From: Squalus acanthias
Lineage: Eukaryota
DNA: 64,000 nt
NCBI GenBank assembly: GCA_030390025.1
Contig: CM059431.1
Location: 127,350,001 to 127,414,000 of the forward strand
Direction of reading: 5' to 3'
Of this stretch, positions 11,120 to 22,863 are shown piece after piece. The notes beneath the pieces were generated by a model. The model did no database searches, was not told the origin of the DNA, and saw only the letters and a program-made list of their open reading frames with translations. The translations under genes and the position numbers were made by a program. How positions within the stretch are numbered: position 1 is the stretch's first letter; the number at the start of each line of letters is the position of its first letter.

Positions 11120-13048
11120 GGCATACAGTGTTGCCAAGATTGGTGGGAGGCCAGAGGATTGGAAAAAATTTTAAAACCAGCAAAGGATGACCAAAAAAAT
11201 AATAAAGAGAGAGAAGATGAATTATGAGAGTAAACTGGCAAGAAACATTAAAACAGATAGTAAGAGCTTCTACAGGTATATAAAAAGGAAGAGGGTAGCT
11301 AAAGTAAACGTTGTTGGTCCCTTAGAGGATGAGACTGGGGAATTAATAATGGGGAACGGGGAAATGGCAGAGACTCTGAACAAATATTTTGTATCTGTTT
11401 TCACAGTAGAAGACACGAACAACATCCCAATAATGGATAATCAAGGGGCCACAGGGAGGGGGGAACTAAAGACAATCACTATCACTAAGGAAATAGTACT
11501 TGGTAAAATAATGGGACTAAAAGATGACAAGTCCCCTGGACCAGATGGCCTGCATCCCAGGATCTTAAAAGAAGTGGCTGCAGAGATAGTGGATGCATTG
11601 GTTGCAATATACCAAAATTCACTGGACTCTGGATAAGTCCCAGCGGATTGGAAAACCGCAAATGTAACACCCCTAGTTAAGAAAGGAGGGCGACAGAAAG
11701 CAGGAAACTATAGACGAGTTAGCTTAACATCTGTCATTGGGAAAATGCTGGAGTCCTTCATTAAGGAAGCAGTAGCAGGGCATTTGGAAAATCAGAATGC
11801 AGTCAAGGGAAATCATGTTTAACAAACTTGCTGGAGTTCTTTGAGGAGGTAACAGGCAGGGTGGACAAAGGTGAACCAGTGGATGTCGTGTATTTGGATT
11901 TCCAGAAGGCATTCGATAAGGTGCCACATAAAAGGTTACTGCATAAGATAAGAGCTCATGGAATTGGGGGTAATATATTAGCAAGGATAGAGAATTGGCT
12001 AACTAACAGAAAGCAGAGAGTCAGGATAAATGGGTCATTTTCCAGTTGGCAAACGGTAACTAGTGGGGTGCCACAGGGATCGGTGCTGGGGCCTCAACTA
12101 TTTACAATCTACATTAATGACTTGAGTGTAATGCAGCCAAGTTTGTGGATGATACAAAGATGGGTGGGAAAGCAAGTTGTACAGAGGACTCAAAGAACCT
12201 GCAAAGGGATATAGACAGGCTAAGTGAGTGGGCAAACATTTGGCAGATGGAGTATAATGAGGGAAAGTGCGAGGTTATCCTCTTTGGCAGGAAAAATAAA
12301 AAAGCAAATTATTATTTAAATGGAGAGAGATTACAAAATGCTACAGTTCAGAGGGACCTGGGGATCCTTGTGCAGGTACAGCAAGTAATCAAAAAGGCAA
12401 ATGGAATGTTGGCCTTTATTTCAAAGGGGTTGGAGTATAAAAGCAGGGAAGTCCTGCTACAACTGTACAGGGTATTGGTGAGACCACACCTTGAGTACTG
12501 CATACAGTTTTGGTCTCCTTATTTAAGGAAGGATATACTTGCATTGGAGACAGTTCAGAGACGATTCACTAGGTTAATTCCAGAGATGAGGGGGTTGACT
12601 TATGAGGAAAGGTTGAGCAGGCTGGGCCTATACTCATTGGAATTTAGAAGAATGAGAGGTGATCTTATTGAAATATATAAGATACTGAGCAGGCTCGACA
12701 AGGTAGATGCAGAGAGGATGTTTCCCTTCGTGGGGAAATCTGGAACGCGGGGGCACAGTTTTAGAATAAAGGGTCGCCCTTTTAGAACTGAGATGAGGAG
12801 AAATTTCTTCTCTCAGAGGGTCGTAAATCTGTGGAATTCTCTGCCCCAGAGAGCTGTGGAGGCTGGGTCATTAAATATATTTAAGGTGGAGATACACAAA
12901 TATTTGCAAGATAAGGGAGTGACGGGTTATGGGGAGCGGGCGGAGAAGTGGCTTTGAGCCCAAGATCAGCCATGAACTTATTGAATGGCGGAGCAGGCTC
13001 GAGCGGCCAAGTGGCTGACTCCTGCTTCTGTTTCTTATGTTCTTATGT
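11120..13048 (+). mobile_element. CR1 (HER1-like) LINE, 5'-truncated and frameshifted
   Basis: ORFs 11187-11636, 11828-12214 and 12145-12957 carry [20 protein letters not shown] and [10 protein letters not shown]. (TTCTTATG)n tail at about 13032-13047. Confidence 0.95.
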
Positions 13049-13084
13049 AATATTGTCAGGTGTAGCCTAAAGTAAAACACAATA

Positions 13085-13772
13085 GGGGAAAAATTGGGTT
13101 GCTCAGCGCCTCCTGTTAGCGCCCCCAGGGGGCGTTAATGGGGCGCAAAGCCGCTAGCACACAGGCACGGTGCCGCTAACGCCTCCCGCAAAATTCAGTT
13201 GGAGGTTAGCGGCGGCAGTAGCTGGTAGCGTCCCGCGGTAGCCGGTAGCGTTCTGCGGTAGCCGGTAGCGCCGGGCGGCGCTGTGCCTCCGGCGATGACA
13301 TCATCGCCGTGCACAGCGCCCCGGCCGCAAACTTCAATTGTGCCCTCTGACCTATCGCCGGATGATATGTCCGACAGGGTCAGGGTGGCATTGGTGCAGC
13401 CGTGGCGGCGGTATTTAAAGGGGCAGGTGGCCGCCTGCCAGCACCTGCCCCCTTCCCCTTTTTCATTCGGGGTGCTGGCCGTGATCGCTCAGCCCGGCAC
13501 TCCTCTTGAATGCCAGGCTGCTTACCCGGTGGTCCAGCAGGGCCACGGTGCGTGCAGCGCTAGGCCCCTCCCCTTAATCAGGGGAGGGAGGCCTGCAATA
13601 CCGCGGCGCTACGTGCCAACGCACGTGGCGCTGTTACACGTCGCACCGCGATATTCAGTGGTAGCGCCCCAGGAAGCAGGGGGAGCACTTCCAGTACCGC
13701 TCAATTTACGGTGCAGGAGTGCTAATTTTTTCGGGGCGCTAAAAGAAGTGCCTCGGCGAAGTTAGCGCCCCA
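13085..13772 (+). mobile_element. GC-rich Harbinger-type non-autonomous element, right end missing
   Basis: Starts GGGGAAAAATT. Colinear homolog of 28493-29235. Has an internal 20-bp repeat (GCGGTAGCCGGTAGCG) in about three copies. Confidence 0.75.
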
Positions 13773-14860
13773 ATGATCCACAAGTTGCTGGGCCACCATT
13801 CCCCTGGTATAAGCGTGGCACTGTCTACTCCCCACCCGCCTATGCCCAAGGCTGCAGACACCCGTCCTATATCCTAGGGAGAGTCACTTGCATAGCCAGC
13901 GTGCAGGGTGGACCAATAACACTTGCCATAGTGCTTCAGCAGAGCCCACCCAAGCCTGACCCAATCAGCCTTCCTAAGGTAGAGCAGCGCCTTGCCACTC
14001 CACTTGCGGCCACCTGGAGGCCCATATGGGTGAAAGAGAATTTTTTGTTAGTGTTTAACTCTCATGTACTGCTAGTAAAGTTATTCAATCCCCTCTGGGA
14101 TCAATTATCTCATTCTAGTAAAGGTTGGGAGCCTTCAGATAGCCTTAAAATGACTCGGGACAACTGTCGTGAGTTCTGCTGAGGCCTTTCAAGGGCATAA
14201 AGGGAAGAATTTCCTCAGGAAGCCTGTAAAAACCTGACACGCCTCTCGACATAGGATAGGCAGGCGAAAGATCCATCCATAGCACCACCAACTGGAACTT
14301 AAAGCTCTGATCTACCAGGGGCAGAATCCTGACATAGGTAGGTTCTGACCAATATTCTGGGCTCCCTCGGGTGGAAATGTAGCTTACACCCCCTTCCAAC
14401 CTAGGAATTTCAGGGTCAATTTTCAATTTGACTGCAGCGACAGAATGGTGCACGGTTTTGTAATTACAACTTTAATAAGCAGAAATCGGCCTTTTCCCAC
14501 CCTTTGTGAAAAGTTAATTAAATCACTTCTGCAGTGGTATGAATCACTAGAGAAGTACTATAAAATGAGTTCAAAGAAAGTACTTCATGCACATCATTAG
14601 CACTTCTTTTTTACCAATAAAATTATTGGAAATAGGAATTTCAGCTCCATTTTAGTTATTGTGGCAGGCCATTTTGAAACGTATTCAGTCGGGATGTGCC
14701 TCTATTAGTTTTTGCCAGCATTTTGTCCAAATTCATTATCAATTAAGTTGAACTTCATTGTTTACTCACTGGTTTTAACTGATTGGTGATACAAACAAAG
14801 TTTATGACTACAGTTTCTTAGCAAGTCAACAAATATCTACAAGTTTCAACTGAATCCTTA

Positions 14861-15264
14861 CGGGTTCGAATCTGGCCTCGGGTGACTGTCTGTGTGGAGT
14901 TTGCACATTCTCCCCGTGTCTGCGTGGGTTTCCTCCGGGTGCTCCGGTTTCCTCCCACAGTCCAAAAATGTGCGGGTTAGGTTGATTTGGCTATGATAAA
15001 TTGACCCTTAGTGTTAGGGGGGGATTAAATATGTGGGGTTATGGGGATAGGATGGGATATGTTAGGGGGAATTAAATACGTGGGGTTACGGGGATAGGGT
15101 GGGATAGGTGCAGGCTCGATGTGGGGATTCTGTGTGAGAAAGCAGGGACAGGGTACTGGATTTGGATGATCAGCCATGATCGTATTGAATGGTGGAGCAG
15201 GCTCGACGGGCCGAATGGCCTACTCCTGCTCCTAGTTTCTATGTTTCTATGTTTTTATGTTTCT
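14861..15264 (+). mobile_element. HE1-type V-SINE, 5'-truncated, ending in a CR1 3' end
   Basis: B-box GGTTCGAATC. V-domain TGTGTGGAGTTTGCACATTCTCCCCGTGTCTGCGTGGGTTTCCTCCGGGTGCTCCGGTTTCCTCCCAC. About 48-bp tandem duplication at 15012-15108. (TTTCTATG)n tail. Confidence 0.9.
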
Positions 15265-15447
15265 AATAGATCGGTAGGAATTAATGGCTTTTGCAACCCA
15301 TTAAATACCTAACACAAGTTACAATTGAGTTCCAGAATCCATATATACAAATATGCTCTGTGGTGCTGGAATGGGTTTCCAGGCTTCCCTTACTAGAGTT
15401 TGAGAAAAGATGGATATGCCAGATTGGGCACTGCTACAAAGCAAGTT

Positions 15448-16171
15448 TTATTTTATTCATTCACTGGATGTGGGCACCGCTGGCAAGGCCAGCATTTATT
15501 GCCCATCCCTAATTGTCCTTGAGAAGGTGGTGGTGAGCTGCCTTCTTTATCTGCTGCAGTTCATGTGGTGAAGGTACTCTCACAGTGCTGTTAGGGAGGG
15601 ATTCCAGGATTTTGACCCAGTAACGATGAATGAACAGCGATATATTTCCAAGGCAGGATGGTGTGTGACTTGGAGGGGAACTTGGAGGTGGTGTTGTTCC
15701 CATGAGTCTGCTGCCCTTGTCCTTCTAGATGGTAGAGATCGTGGGTTTGGGAGATGCTGTCGAAGAAGCCTTGGCAAGTTGCTGCAAGTGCATCTTGTAG
15801 ATGGTACACATGATGGAGGGAGTGAATGTCTAAGTGGTGGATGGGCTGCCAATCAAGTGGGCTGCTTTGTCCTGGATGGTGTTGAGCTTCTTGATTGTTG
15901 TTGGAGCTGCACTCATCCAGGCAAGTGGAGAGTATTCCATCAAACTCCTGTCTTGTGCCTTGTAGGTGGCGGAAAGGCTTTAGGGAGTCAGGAGATGAGA
16001 CACTCGCTGCAGAATACCCAGCCTCTGACCTGCTCTTGTAGCCACAGTATTTATATGACTGGTCCAGTTAAGTTTCTGGCCAATGGTGACCCCAAGGATA
16101 ATGATGGTGGGGGATTTGATGATGGTAATGCCTTTGAATGTCAATGGGAGGTGATTAGACTCTCTCTTGTT
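15448..16171 (-). mobile_element. LINE family T, 3' fragment
   Basis: Same 3' tail and C-terminal coding region (HCSN.PRLLRQHLPNP) as the other copies. Confidence 0.9.
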
Positions 16172-16583
16172 ACCAGGTGAAGTCCTCTATCGCGTACGGG
16201 GTACGGCAGACACTAACCACCATAAACAGCAAACCCCAAAACCGCGATTTAGCCCAACTGTCAAACGATTGGTGAGGATTATCCCTGATCCTTCAAAACC
16301 TAACTTAGCTAGTAAAGTGGGGTTGGGAGGGGTGAAGTATTGTTCTACTGTCATTTCCCTCGCTTGTACCGAAGTGTTCCCCACCTTTAGAGTATTAAGA
16401 GTGTTATTATTTGTGTTTTACCTTTTAATAAAGATTGAAGTTCTTTCATCAAACTCAGTTGTCTGCTGCACCTTTGTATCTCAACCCCCAAATAAGTCCA
16501 AGGTCTAGAACTAAGGGAGTGGGAGCGATTCGAACTGCTCAGAAGTCAGAGGTAAAGCTGACACAAAACCACCACCCCCTACA
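16172..16583 (+). mobile_element. 3' fragment of an LTR related to LTR C
   Basis: 16260-16376 is close to the reverse complement of 4250-4375. AATAAA at 16427-16432. Ends CCCCTACA. No TSD seen. Confidence 0.75.
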
Positions 16584-16666
16584 CCTACCAGTGAGAAGGT
16601 TTGTTCCCAGTACTTTTGCTGAGAGCTTACTTTCTACACTTTGGAGGTGTTCTGAATAACATCAGG

Positions 16667-16950
16667 ATGGGTGACGCTTTGGAGGCCTTAGATTGGACCT
16701 AGGATGAAGAACAATATGACCAGTGCCAGCACCAGAACCAGCAGCAGCAGTCTGCTATTGAGAGACCTGTAGCAGGACAGCAGAGAGGGGAGCAGCAGAG
16801 AGTGCAGCAGCAAAGGGTGCAGCTCACAGAAGGCACTACCCTCGACACAGGATCTACAGGCAGAGGCTGAGTTTCCTTGACATGTCCGAACAGCAGTGCT
16901 TTAGGAGGCTCAGGTTGTTCTTTGAGGAGGTGGCAGACATCTGTGGTCCT
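16667..16950 (+). pseudogene. Harbinger transposase N-terminal remnant
   Basis: Translates to RRHYPRHRIYRQRLSFLDMSEQQCFRRLRLFFEEVADICG, matching the N-terminus of the other transposases here. A TIR-like GGATTTTTACCCC lies at about 17333-17345. Confidence 0.7.
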
Positions 16951-18371
16951 CCACCCCAAGGACGCCTGAGAAACATCCAATCAGAAATGATGTCGGGCCA
17001 TTTTTCAAGTGTCCCTGGTGGCCGCATAAAACAAGTGTTAGGTTCCATGAATGTGTATATGAGGGGCCTAATGCCAGTTTTAACTCCCTTCACAGAAATT
17101 GGACAGCGATGAGTGAGTCAGGCGTTGGGTCTGCCCGCTCAGGATTCTTTATATGACGCGGCGTAGGTCGCAACCAACAAAAGGCAAGTTTTGAAATAAA
17201 AATTTGAAAGGAAAACCTTGCTGTGTACCCAGGAGGTGCAGGAGTGCTCCCTTGATCTACAGTTGTTGTGATAACCATCCTCCATCTCCCTCTGTTACCT
17301 GCTTCAAACCCCCTTCCAGAACGGGCCCAGGTGGATTTTTACCCCAAAATACTTTTAGAAGCTGGATTTTAGCAACTTATTTGGTATTTGTAACTTCTTT
17401 GGAACAAACTGTTAACACATTTGGGACAACCATCAGAGTTTCAGAAACCTGACAAGTGTAGTGGTCTCTGTTCATGGAGATCAATGACCAACATAAAATC
17501 TTGGACATGGAGGCAGAAGTATGGGAATAGACCGTTGGCTCTCAAGTAGCCCTCTGTCCTTTGCCCGCATTTGCATCTGAAAATGACAGGAGAAGCCTAA
17601 AAAGTAAACCAGCCCCTACCGCCAGAATAAGTTGTGCTATTTCTGGCATCCAGCAGGACCATCAGGGTCTTCTGTGTGTCAAAGAAGATGACCTAGACTT
17701 GTTAGGATGTCTTCACACTTGCTCCTTCCAGTAATAAAACACATAGAAGTAGTATAACAGAAAGATCATAGATCACCAAGTAGGAATCACAGTGACACAT
17801 CACACACTGCACCTTAGCACATATCAATACAGATTGCTTCCTGGAAGAATTTTAGAAGCATAGGCAAAAATTAGCAACGGCTTCTTTAATGGTCATATGC
17901 CAAATTGCTACAAATTAACACACACTTAACTCTTGCATAGGCTCGAATATACAGAGGAAATTTTGTATCCATTCCTATGAACCACACGTATCTGGTTTTT
18001 GAATCAACACTTCAGATCTTTAAGTTAAATGTATGACAAAGCTCATTCTGATTCCCAGAATTGGCCCTCTCTTTTTACTAATGTGCAGTGTAGAAATGGA
18101 GACAGCTATGCTCTGTCTTACACAGAAGCAGATGTGACAGGAATCCCTGAGCAAATCATTGAGTTTTACATTGAGCACTACTCAATGCTGATTCTGATAG
18201 TAGCATTCTAAGCACTTCAGATGGTAGGTGATGTGTGTATGTGGGCTCTTGTAGAATCACTTTTAACTGGTACCAAATGTTCCATTCAGCTAGGATGCAC
18301 TCACCAAATCGTTGTCCAGCAACTCCTGTTGGCAGTGCATAGGTGTGATGTCAGGTGAGGACAGTATTTTA

Positions 18372-20046
18372 TTTTAATTCGTTTTTATGGGATCTGGGCG
18401 TTGCTGACAAGGCCAGCATTTATTGTCCATCCCTAGCTGCCCTTGAGAAGGTGGTGGTGAGCCACCTTCTTGAGCCGCTGCAGTCCATGTGGTGATGGTA
18501 CTACCACAGTGCTGTTAAGTAGGGAGTTCCAGGATTTTGACCCAGCGATGATGAAGGATCGGCGATATACTTCTGAGTCAGGATGATGTGTGACTTGGAG
18601 GGGAACTTGGAGGTGGTGATGTTCCTATGCGTCTGCTGCCCTTGTCCTTCTAGGTGGAAGAGGTCACGGGTTTGGGAGGTGCTGCCGAAGAAGCCTTGGC
18701 GAGTTGCTGCAGTGCATCTTTGTAGATGGTACACACTGCAACCATGGTACGCCGGTGGCGGAGGGAGTGGATGTTTAAGGTGGTAGAGGGGGTGCCAATC
18801 AAGCGGACTGCTTTGTCCTGGATGGTGTCGAGCTTCTTGATTGTTGTTGGAGCTGCACTCATCCAGGCAAGTGGAGAGTCTTCCATCACACTCCTGACTT
18901 GTGTCTGGTAGATGGTAGAAAGTCTTTGGGGAGTCAGGAGCTGAGACACTTGCCGCAGAATACCTAGACTCTGACCTGCTCTTGTTGCCACAGTACATAT
19001 GTGGCTGGTCCAGTTAAGTTTCTGGTCAATGGTCACCCCCAGCATGTTGATGGTGGGGGATTTGGCGATGGTAATGCCATTGAATGTCAAGGGGCGGTGT
19101 TTAGACTCTCGCTTGTTGGAGATAGTCATTGCCTGGCACTTCTGTGTCGCGAATATTACCTGCCACTTATCAGCCCAAGCCCGAACGTCGTCCAGGTTTT
19201 GTTGCATGCAGGCATGGACTGCTTCATTATCTGAGGAGTTGTGAATGGCACTGAACACTGTGCAGTCTTCAGCGAACATCCCCATTTTTGACCTTATGTT
19301 GGAGGGAAGGTTACTGATGAAGCAGCTGAAGATGGTTGGGCCTAGGACACTGCCCTGAGGAACTCCTGCAGCGATGTCTTCAATCATCACAACTATCTTC
19401 CTTTGTGCTAGGTATGACTCCAGCCAGTGGAGAGTTTTCCACCCGATTCCCATTGACTTCAGTTTTACTAGGGCTCCTTGATGCCACATTTGGTCAAGTG
19501 CTGCCTTGATGTCAAGGGCAGTCATTCTCACCTCACCTCTGGAATTCAGCTCCTTTGTCCATGTTTGGACCAAGGCTGTAATGAGGTCGGCAGCCGAGTG
19601 GTCTTGGCGGAACCCAAACTGAGTATCAGTGAGCAGGTTATTGATGAGTAAGTGCCGCTTGATAGCACTGTTGATGACACCTTCCATCACTTTGCTGATG
19701 ATTGAGAGCAGACTGATAGGGCAGTAATTGGCCAGATTGGATTTGTCCTGCTTTTTGTGGACAGGACACACCTGGGCAGTTTTCCGCATTGTCGGATAGA
19801 TGCCAGTGTTGTAGCTATACTGGAACAGCCTGGCTAGAGGCACAGCTAGTTCTGGAGCACAAGTCTTCAGCACGATAGCCGGGATGTTGTCGTGGCCCAT
19901 AGCCTTTGCTGTATCCAGTACGCTCAGCCGTTTCTTGATATCACGTGGAGTGAATCGAATTGGCTGAAGACTGGCTTCTGTGATAGTGGGGACCTCGGGA
20001 GTAGGCCGATATGGATCATCCACTCGGCACTTCTGGCTGAAGATGA
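18372..20046 (-). mobile_element. LINE family T, 5'-truncated, long RT ORF
   Basis: ORF 18650-20023 (457 aa) has [31 protein letters not shown] and MFAEDC. Possible TATTTTA duplication at 18365 and 20047 (weak, AT-rich). Confidence 0.95.
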
Positions 20047-20327
20047 TATTTTAGGGTTTTATTGTGATGTAGTTGAATAGTATGCCAATATTTACTGGCA
20101 GGCCTCATCTATAACTAATCACCACTTGCTGAGTTACTGAAGTGCAACCAGCAACCGTGAAAATGTACCCCACCAAGGTGCCCTCATGAGAGGACAGGAG
20201 AGCAAAATAACTGGCAAAATAAAAGCCTATTTGCATTGTTTCCTACTGCAGCTCTTTTTTTCATCAAGATATTAAAACTGTTGAACTCCTTACCTGCTTC
20301 AGTCTTCCCTTCTTCCTATAACATTCA

Positions 20328-20814
20328 GGGGGGCTATTGTGGCCAAAGAATGAAAACAGGTGCTAAAATGGGTGCTGCGCTAATAAGAGACGCCTATTTG
20401 AAAGTCTGGATTTAGCACGCAATATTTGGGCTAATTGATGATTATCATGATTTGAATGTGCCTACAGCGCAGAAACCAACAACTGCTGGTTTAGGACTCA
20501 AGCACTGATTAGACGCAATTTTCCTGGAGCTGTATATGTAGCCTGCACTCACGCACTTCCACTGAAGGTGTGGAGTGCGATGGCTGGGAGTGGAATGATG
20601 CCTCAAGGAGCTAGAGAGAGGTCGGCCAGGTCCTCCGATGTAGCACTGGAGGCCCTGGTGGAGGAGGTACAGAGGAGGAGGGATATCCTCTACCCACAGC
20701 GGGGAAGGAGGCCACAGAGGCAGCTGATGTGCTTCATGTGGGATGAGATCACCCGGGAGGTGACAGCCAGCAGCCCTGGCCCCAGGATATGGCTCCAGTG
20801 CCACAAGAAATTTA
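20328..20814 (+). mobile_element. Harbinger left end with Myb/SANT exon 1
   Basis: GGGGGCTATTGTGGCC end, homologous to 23531 onward. Encodes RERSARSSDVALEALVEEVQRRRDILYP...W..I...WLQCHKKF and is cut at TTA by the next element. Confidence 0.8.
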
Positions 20815-22863
20815 GGGCTAACAATTGGATATGGCCACAAAACGGGCACTGTCATGGCCAAATGATGTTAAACTGCGCCAAGTCAAACTGGTCTAGGTAG
20901 CACACAAAATTCATGCTCAGTCCTCGTTAACACGATTGTAATCTTGATCTCAGCGCTAAAACCACTGCTCATTGGCTTACCACTCAACAGGTGGGCCAAT
21001 ATCGGGTGCAGTCTAATTCCCAGTCATGTTTGGCACAGGCTTTATTCAGTACTTAAAGTGGACGTGCACTGATGCTACAGCACCTCATTGTCAATCCAGT
21101 TCCAACATCACCTGGAAGCAGACAGCAGTGGAAGCAGATGGCTGAGCCTCAGCACAGGGAGTGATCCCGCAGATTCTCAGACACGGCTCTTGCGGCACTG
21201 GTGGTGGCCGTGGCGAGGAGGCGGACTATCTCTTCCCACAGACTGGCATGAAGCCTTCGCCACATACATCACGAAGGCTCTGGCAGGAGATAGCTGGCTT
21301 TGTGACGGCCAGCACTGTGGTCCCCAGGACCGGCGATCCAATGCCGCAAAAAGGTAATGACCTCACACGGCAGGTCAAGGTGAGTGAAGGCTTTAACAAA
21401 TGCCATATCCCACCATCTGTACCACAAGCCTCACACACTGCTCAATGCACCACACCCCCAGCACTCACCTACCAACAATCTCTACCTATCACCACTCAGA
21501 ACTCACAATCATAGGTTTACTTAACCCTCACAACCTTGCCCTGCTGCAACACTCACGCCCACATCTCACACCTTGCACACACTGACAGCTATTCAACTAT
21601 GACAGGCGTATCACCCAAACACATTGCACCATGCTCACTCACACACTTCCCTTTCTCTTACAGGCCAAGTCGTGCATTACAGGAGGGAGCAGCGACAGAC
21701 AGGTGGGGGGCAAGCTGCCATCCAGGACCTCAACCAACTGGAGGAGTGAGTGCTGGAGATCATTGGGTGGCAGATCATGGAGGCCGTGGCAGCTGGCGGG
21801 GTTGAACCCCTTGGGGACAACAACGGAATGCTTTTTCCTAATCCTTCTTGCCACATCCCACTTCCCCCTCATCCCTCAATCTCTTCTCTCTTTCAAGCTG
21901 CTGATGCTGTAGGCATGCATATCTTGCTTTCCACGCCCCCCCCCCCCCACACACTCCCCTCACCATAACCCGACTCTTGTGCATTTCTGCTTTCAGATAA
22001 TCAATACCAAGCACGAGACCAGCCTGTCCCTGAGGTGATGCATGAGAGCAAGGGGGGAGAAGAAGAGGAAGAAGACACAGTGTCACTGCATCTGTCACTC
22101 GCAGACTCCAGCTCAGAAACTGGCACTGCGTGTACTTAAGAGGCGAGTGTAGTAGCGGCATCTGCACAGGGTGAGGCACCGGGCTTGAGTGGGCTGCAGC
22201 AAGGCCAGGGGGAAAGGGTAGCTCGGGGGCCAGCTCCCCAAAGGGCGAGTTCACGCGCGAGTTCTGCTGCACAGGATTCAGATGAGGACCTCGATGGGGC
22301 GGCCTTCAGCAGAAGGGTGATGGGCATGCACACCGAATTACTAAGTGCAATGGCAAGCAGCCAGAGAGCCTCTTGGCAATGTCAAGGAGCATGGAGGAGT
22401 CCACCTCCAACATTGCATGGGGCTTTGCGCAGAGATTGGAGCTCAGAATTTCCAGATTGGAAGTGATGGAATACTCCTGGAGACACCATGTCAACCCAGA
22501 TGTGATGCTGTGTGTGATGGGCGATGTCGCAGCTGCCATTGCAGCACAGGTGGAAGCCACCCAATGGATTAGTGCTGCAGCGGAAGCGCAGACCTCTCTC
22601 ATGCAGTCTCAGCTTAATGCAACCCAAGCTCAGATCGCTCTCATGCAGTCTCAGCTTAATGCAACCCAAGCTCAGATCGCTCTCATGCAGTCTCAGCTTG
22701 CTGCCACCCAAGCTTAGATGGTTGCTATCGTGGCTGGGGCTGTCGACTGTCGACCGGGGCTTGCAAGGTGTTGCAGCAGCCCAGCAATCTGTGCACCAAC
22801 ATATTGCTAGGAATGCTGAGGCGCCGCCCCGGGGGAGTGGAAGTGGGTCAGTGGAGCAGGAAG
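20815..22863 (+). mobile_element. Harbinger left half with decayed three-exon Myb/SANT-coiled-coil gene
   Basis: Starts GGGCTAACAATT immediately after TTA. Colinear with 56440-60610. Exon 1 is 21138-21379 with a GTGAGT donor; acceptors at about 21663 and 21997. Confidence 0.85.
22596..22721 (+). repeat. 42-bp tandem repeat x3 (LMQSQLNATQAQIA)
   Basis: Units start at 22596, 22638 and 22680. The homolog near 60426 has a single unit. Confidence 0.95.

Noticed and set aside
11009..11120. Possible host exon after a strong polypyrimidine tract and AG
   Set aside because: The longest frame ends in a stop, there is no convincing donor, and the peptide is not recognisable.
13777..14417. Possible further DNA-transposon remnant ending GGAATTTCAGGGTC (similar ends near 9915 and 10423)
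   Set aside because: Only one terminus is visible and there is no TSD, so I could not define boundaries.
15626..16180. 184-aa plus-strand ORF and similar antisense ORFs over LINEs
   Set aside because: These are shadow frames opposite LINE coding sequence with no recognisable domain.
18090..18223. AG...GT-bounded candidate exon
   Set aside because: All three frames contain stops. A non-coding exon cannot be excluded.
22596..22721. CRISPR-like array
   Set aside because: The repeats are contiguous with no spacers, in a eukaryotic transposon context.
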